Shown here piece after piece: positions 61,527 to 64,000 of a DNA stretch of 64,000 nt. How positions within the stretch are numbered: the stretch's first letter is position 1; the number at the start of each line of letters is the position of its first letter. The translations under genes were made by a program, and so were the position numbers. Under the pieces are notes generated by a model that was given only the letters and a program-made list of their open reading frames with translations, did no database searches and was not told where the DNA came from. Source of the DNA: Euglena gracilis (Eukaryota); the NCBI GenBank assembly GCA_039621445.1, contig CP154954.1, positions 41,223,572-41,287,571 of the forward strand. Reading direction: 5' to 3'.

Positions 61527-64000
61527 CGGGACAGCTCTTGCCGGCGAAAGAAGAGCATGTCCTGCCCCCATCTCCGCCGTGTCACCTGGGAATGGGGGGA
61601 TGGATGTGGGAACACCTGCGAGGGGATGAGGTTTTCCCCCTCAGTCCAGCCCGCTTTGCCGGGTTGGTCCCCAGCGGAGTATTTCAGTGGACCCTGAGGG
61701 TGGGTCCACAGCCCGGTTGGGGGCTCCTGGCTGGAAATAATGCAGGCAGGCTTGGCTGGACCCCCCTTGGGGAAATGGAATGGAGGGGGGCGAATGCGGG
61801 AACCCGTGTGAACGGGGGATGGAGGGACACCACAACCAAAACCGCATACAAACACGTGCAAATAACCCCCCACGCTCCATTGCCAACCATTCCTAACTTC
61901 TCAAAAAACCAAATCGCCATTTTTGTGAAATGCAATCAGTTGCAAAAATGCAAAAAAATTTCGGCGCGAAGCGCCGGAGGAAAAAATTGACCCTTTTTGG
62001 GGGGGTCAATTTTTGCCCCCCCCAGGGTCGGTCCGGACCCCCCTTGCAGGTGGGGGGGGGGTGGTCCGGCCCCCCCCCTGCGGGCCGGGAGGGGGGGGGG
62101 GTGGGGGGGGACACCCCCCCCACCTAAACCATGTACGCCCTCCTTATATCGAACCCTGCCTCCAGCCCCCAATGGGAAAAGGTTGGCCTCCCAGCCATGC
62201 AACTTTCGTTTTTTTGATTATTTGCAAAACTTGAACCCCCATTTCAAAAAAAAACATTTGGCAAAAATGCCTTCAGAAAACGCAAAAAAACCCTTTGATG
62301 ATGAATCATGTTTGGCCAAAATGCTTTAAAATACCCCAGAAAAACATATAAAAAAAACCTCCCCTTGGGGTCCAGGGTGGGAGTCCGGCTGGCCAGCAGC
62401 TGTCCAGATTGTTTGTGAGGGCCTTGGTGCACCTAATCATCTAATCAAGCGCTCGGCGCCATTCATCCACGTTCATCCAGTGGTGTTGGGAGCTGCATGC
62501 GTAAGGAGGGGGGGTTGTGGGTTGGGTTGCGAAACCATCCACACCAGGCAGGCCGCCGCGCCATCCCGGTGCTCCGGCGGCGGCGAAGTCTGGTCTCCCC
62601 GGGGACGTCCTCGCCCTGCACACCACCGAGAACGGGGGTGCACCGCAAGTAAGCCTGCTGAACGGGGGTGTACCGTACTGTAAGCCTGCTTAAAGACCCT
62701 CCGGGGGGTGCTGGCTAGCCAAAAGACACTGGAAAAAACGCACTGAGCACTTTGTACACAGTTTTTTGAACACAGTTTTTTGAGTTTTTTTTGAAATGAT
62801 GAAAAAAAAAACCGCAAAAAAAACCTCAATCCTTGCCAAAATCGAAAGACGCAAGAAACCACAAAAAAAAATGCATTTGCCTTCGCCCCTGCAAAATGCC
62901 AATTATGCAAAAGCACAACTTCACCTTGCCAGCCCATTTTGGCCCATTTTTTGCGCCTCTGAAAGCAAAGCGCTTGAAAACAATAAAACTTGCTGGTGGG
63001 GGGCATTTAATGAATCTACGGCCCTACCACTCCTGGCCAAGCAGAGGAGGCTAACAATCTTGAGCTGGCTGGATAAAAAAAAGTTGCCAGGTGGTCCCCA
63101 ACCTGCAACTGACCAAGCGTCAAACCAGGCACCAGGGAACCGAAACCGCAAAAAGTGCACTAAAAAAAACTGCCAGAAATTTTATGCAAAAAAATTTTAT
63201 ACAAAAACGGAGGACCTGTTCCAGCCTGTTTTCGGCCCCTTTTTGCATTTCCAAAAGCAAAAAATCCGGGGGGGGGGGACGGGGACGGCAGGGTTGTATG
63301 GGAATCTCGGAGGAGGTGGGGGGGGACCCCCTTTCAAAACTAGGGGGGAGGGGGTGGGGGGACCCCCCTCCTACCCCCAGTTATCGGTCGCCGAAAATTT
63401 CGGCCGTTTTTTGGGTGAAAAAATTTTTGTGAAACTTCTCAAAAATGGTGGGGAATCAAAAGAAATGTCTGGAGCCCTGAATATGCCCTATCTAACAGTA
63501 TTTTGGTTTCCCCAGAACTCCCCACCTGGCCCGAGTTACGACCATTTTTCGTCCAATTTTGTCCATTTTGCCCAAATTTTATATTGACCTTCAAGAGAGT
63601 ACACCCGGTGCGCAGCGCCAGAGGATTTTTTATTGCCCCCGCAGAGGAGGGGGAGGGGGGTGGGGAGGACCCACACCCCACCACCTTATCCACCTAGGAG
63701 GGGGGGTGGTGGGGGGACCCCGCCACTGCCACCTACCTCATGTCTGCGGAGCTTCCCAGACAACCCTGGGGGACGGGGTCCACGTCGGCTGAAACGACAC
63801 AATCAGTCACCCGGGGAAAGTGCGTCACCGCCCCCATGGACCCCCACCTCACCCAGCAACCCACCTCAGTGGGAACGGCAGCCTCTGACAGGTACGACCC
63901 CAGTCAACACAGCCCCGGCATACCCCGGCCATTGCTTTCTCAGTGGGAGGCCCATCATTTCTCTTGGCAGAGAGGAGCATACCTCTCGCGCTCGAGCCGC

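Overview
Eukaryotic euglenid genomic DNA; the rRNA sequence reads like Euglena gracilis. Left half: two intron-rich minus-strand genes whose exons I joined by hand. One is a 14-exon, ~657-aa protein made of three tandem family-I inorganic pyrophosphatase domains plus a coiled-coil tail; the other is a 5'-incomplete R-S-E-type ADP-ribosyltransferase. Nearly all introns are euglenid nonconventional (non GT-AG) introns with paired ends in a +4/-6 register. Introns and spacers hold non-autonomous TIR elements (CAGG...CCTG ends, perfect 8-bp TSDs) and two giant microsatellites. The 3+5 unpaired nt at intron ends equal the 8-bp TSD length, and one ART intron still has a perfect 8-bp TSD and MITE-like termini, pointing to hAT-type MITEs as intron generators. 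Right half: a decayed DIRS-type tyrosine-recombinase retrotransposon, then a ~6.5-kb direct duplication (37706-44333 / 54887-61302) flanking a ~10.55-kb circularly permuted, incomplete copy of the normally extrachromosomal rDNA unit. An assembly chimera cannot be excluded for that structure. All splice models are read from sequence only and need transcript confirmation.
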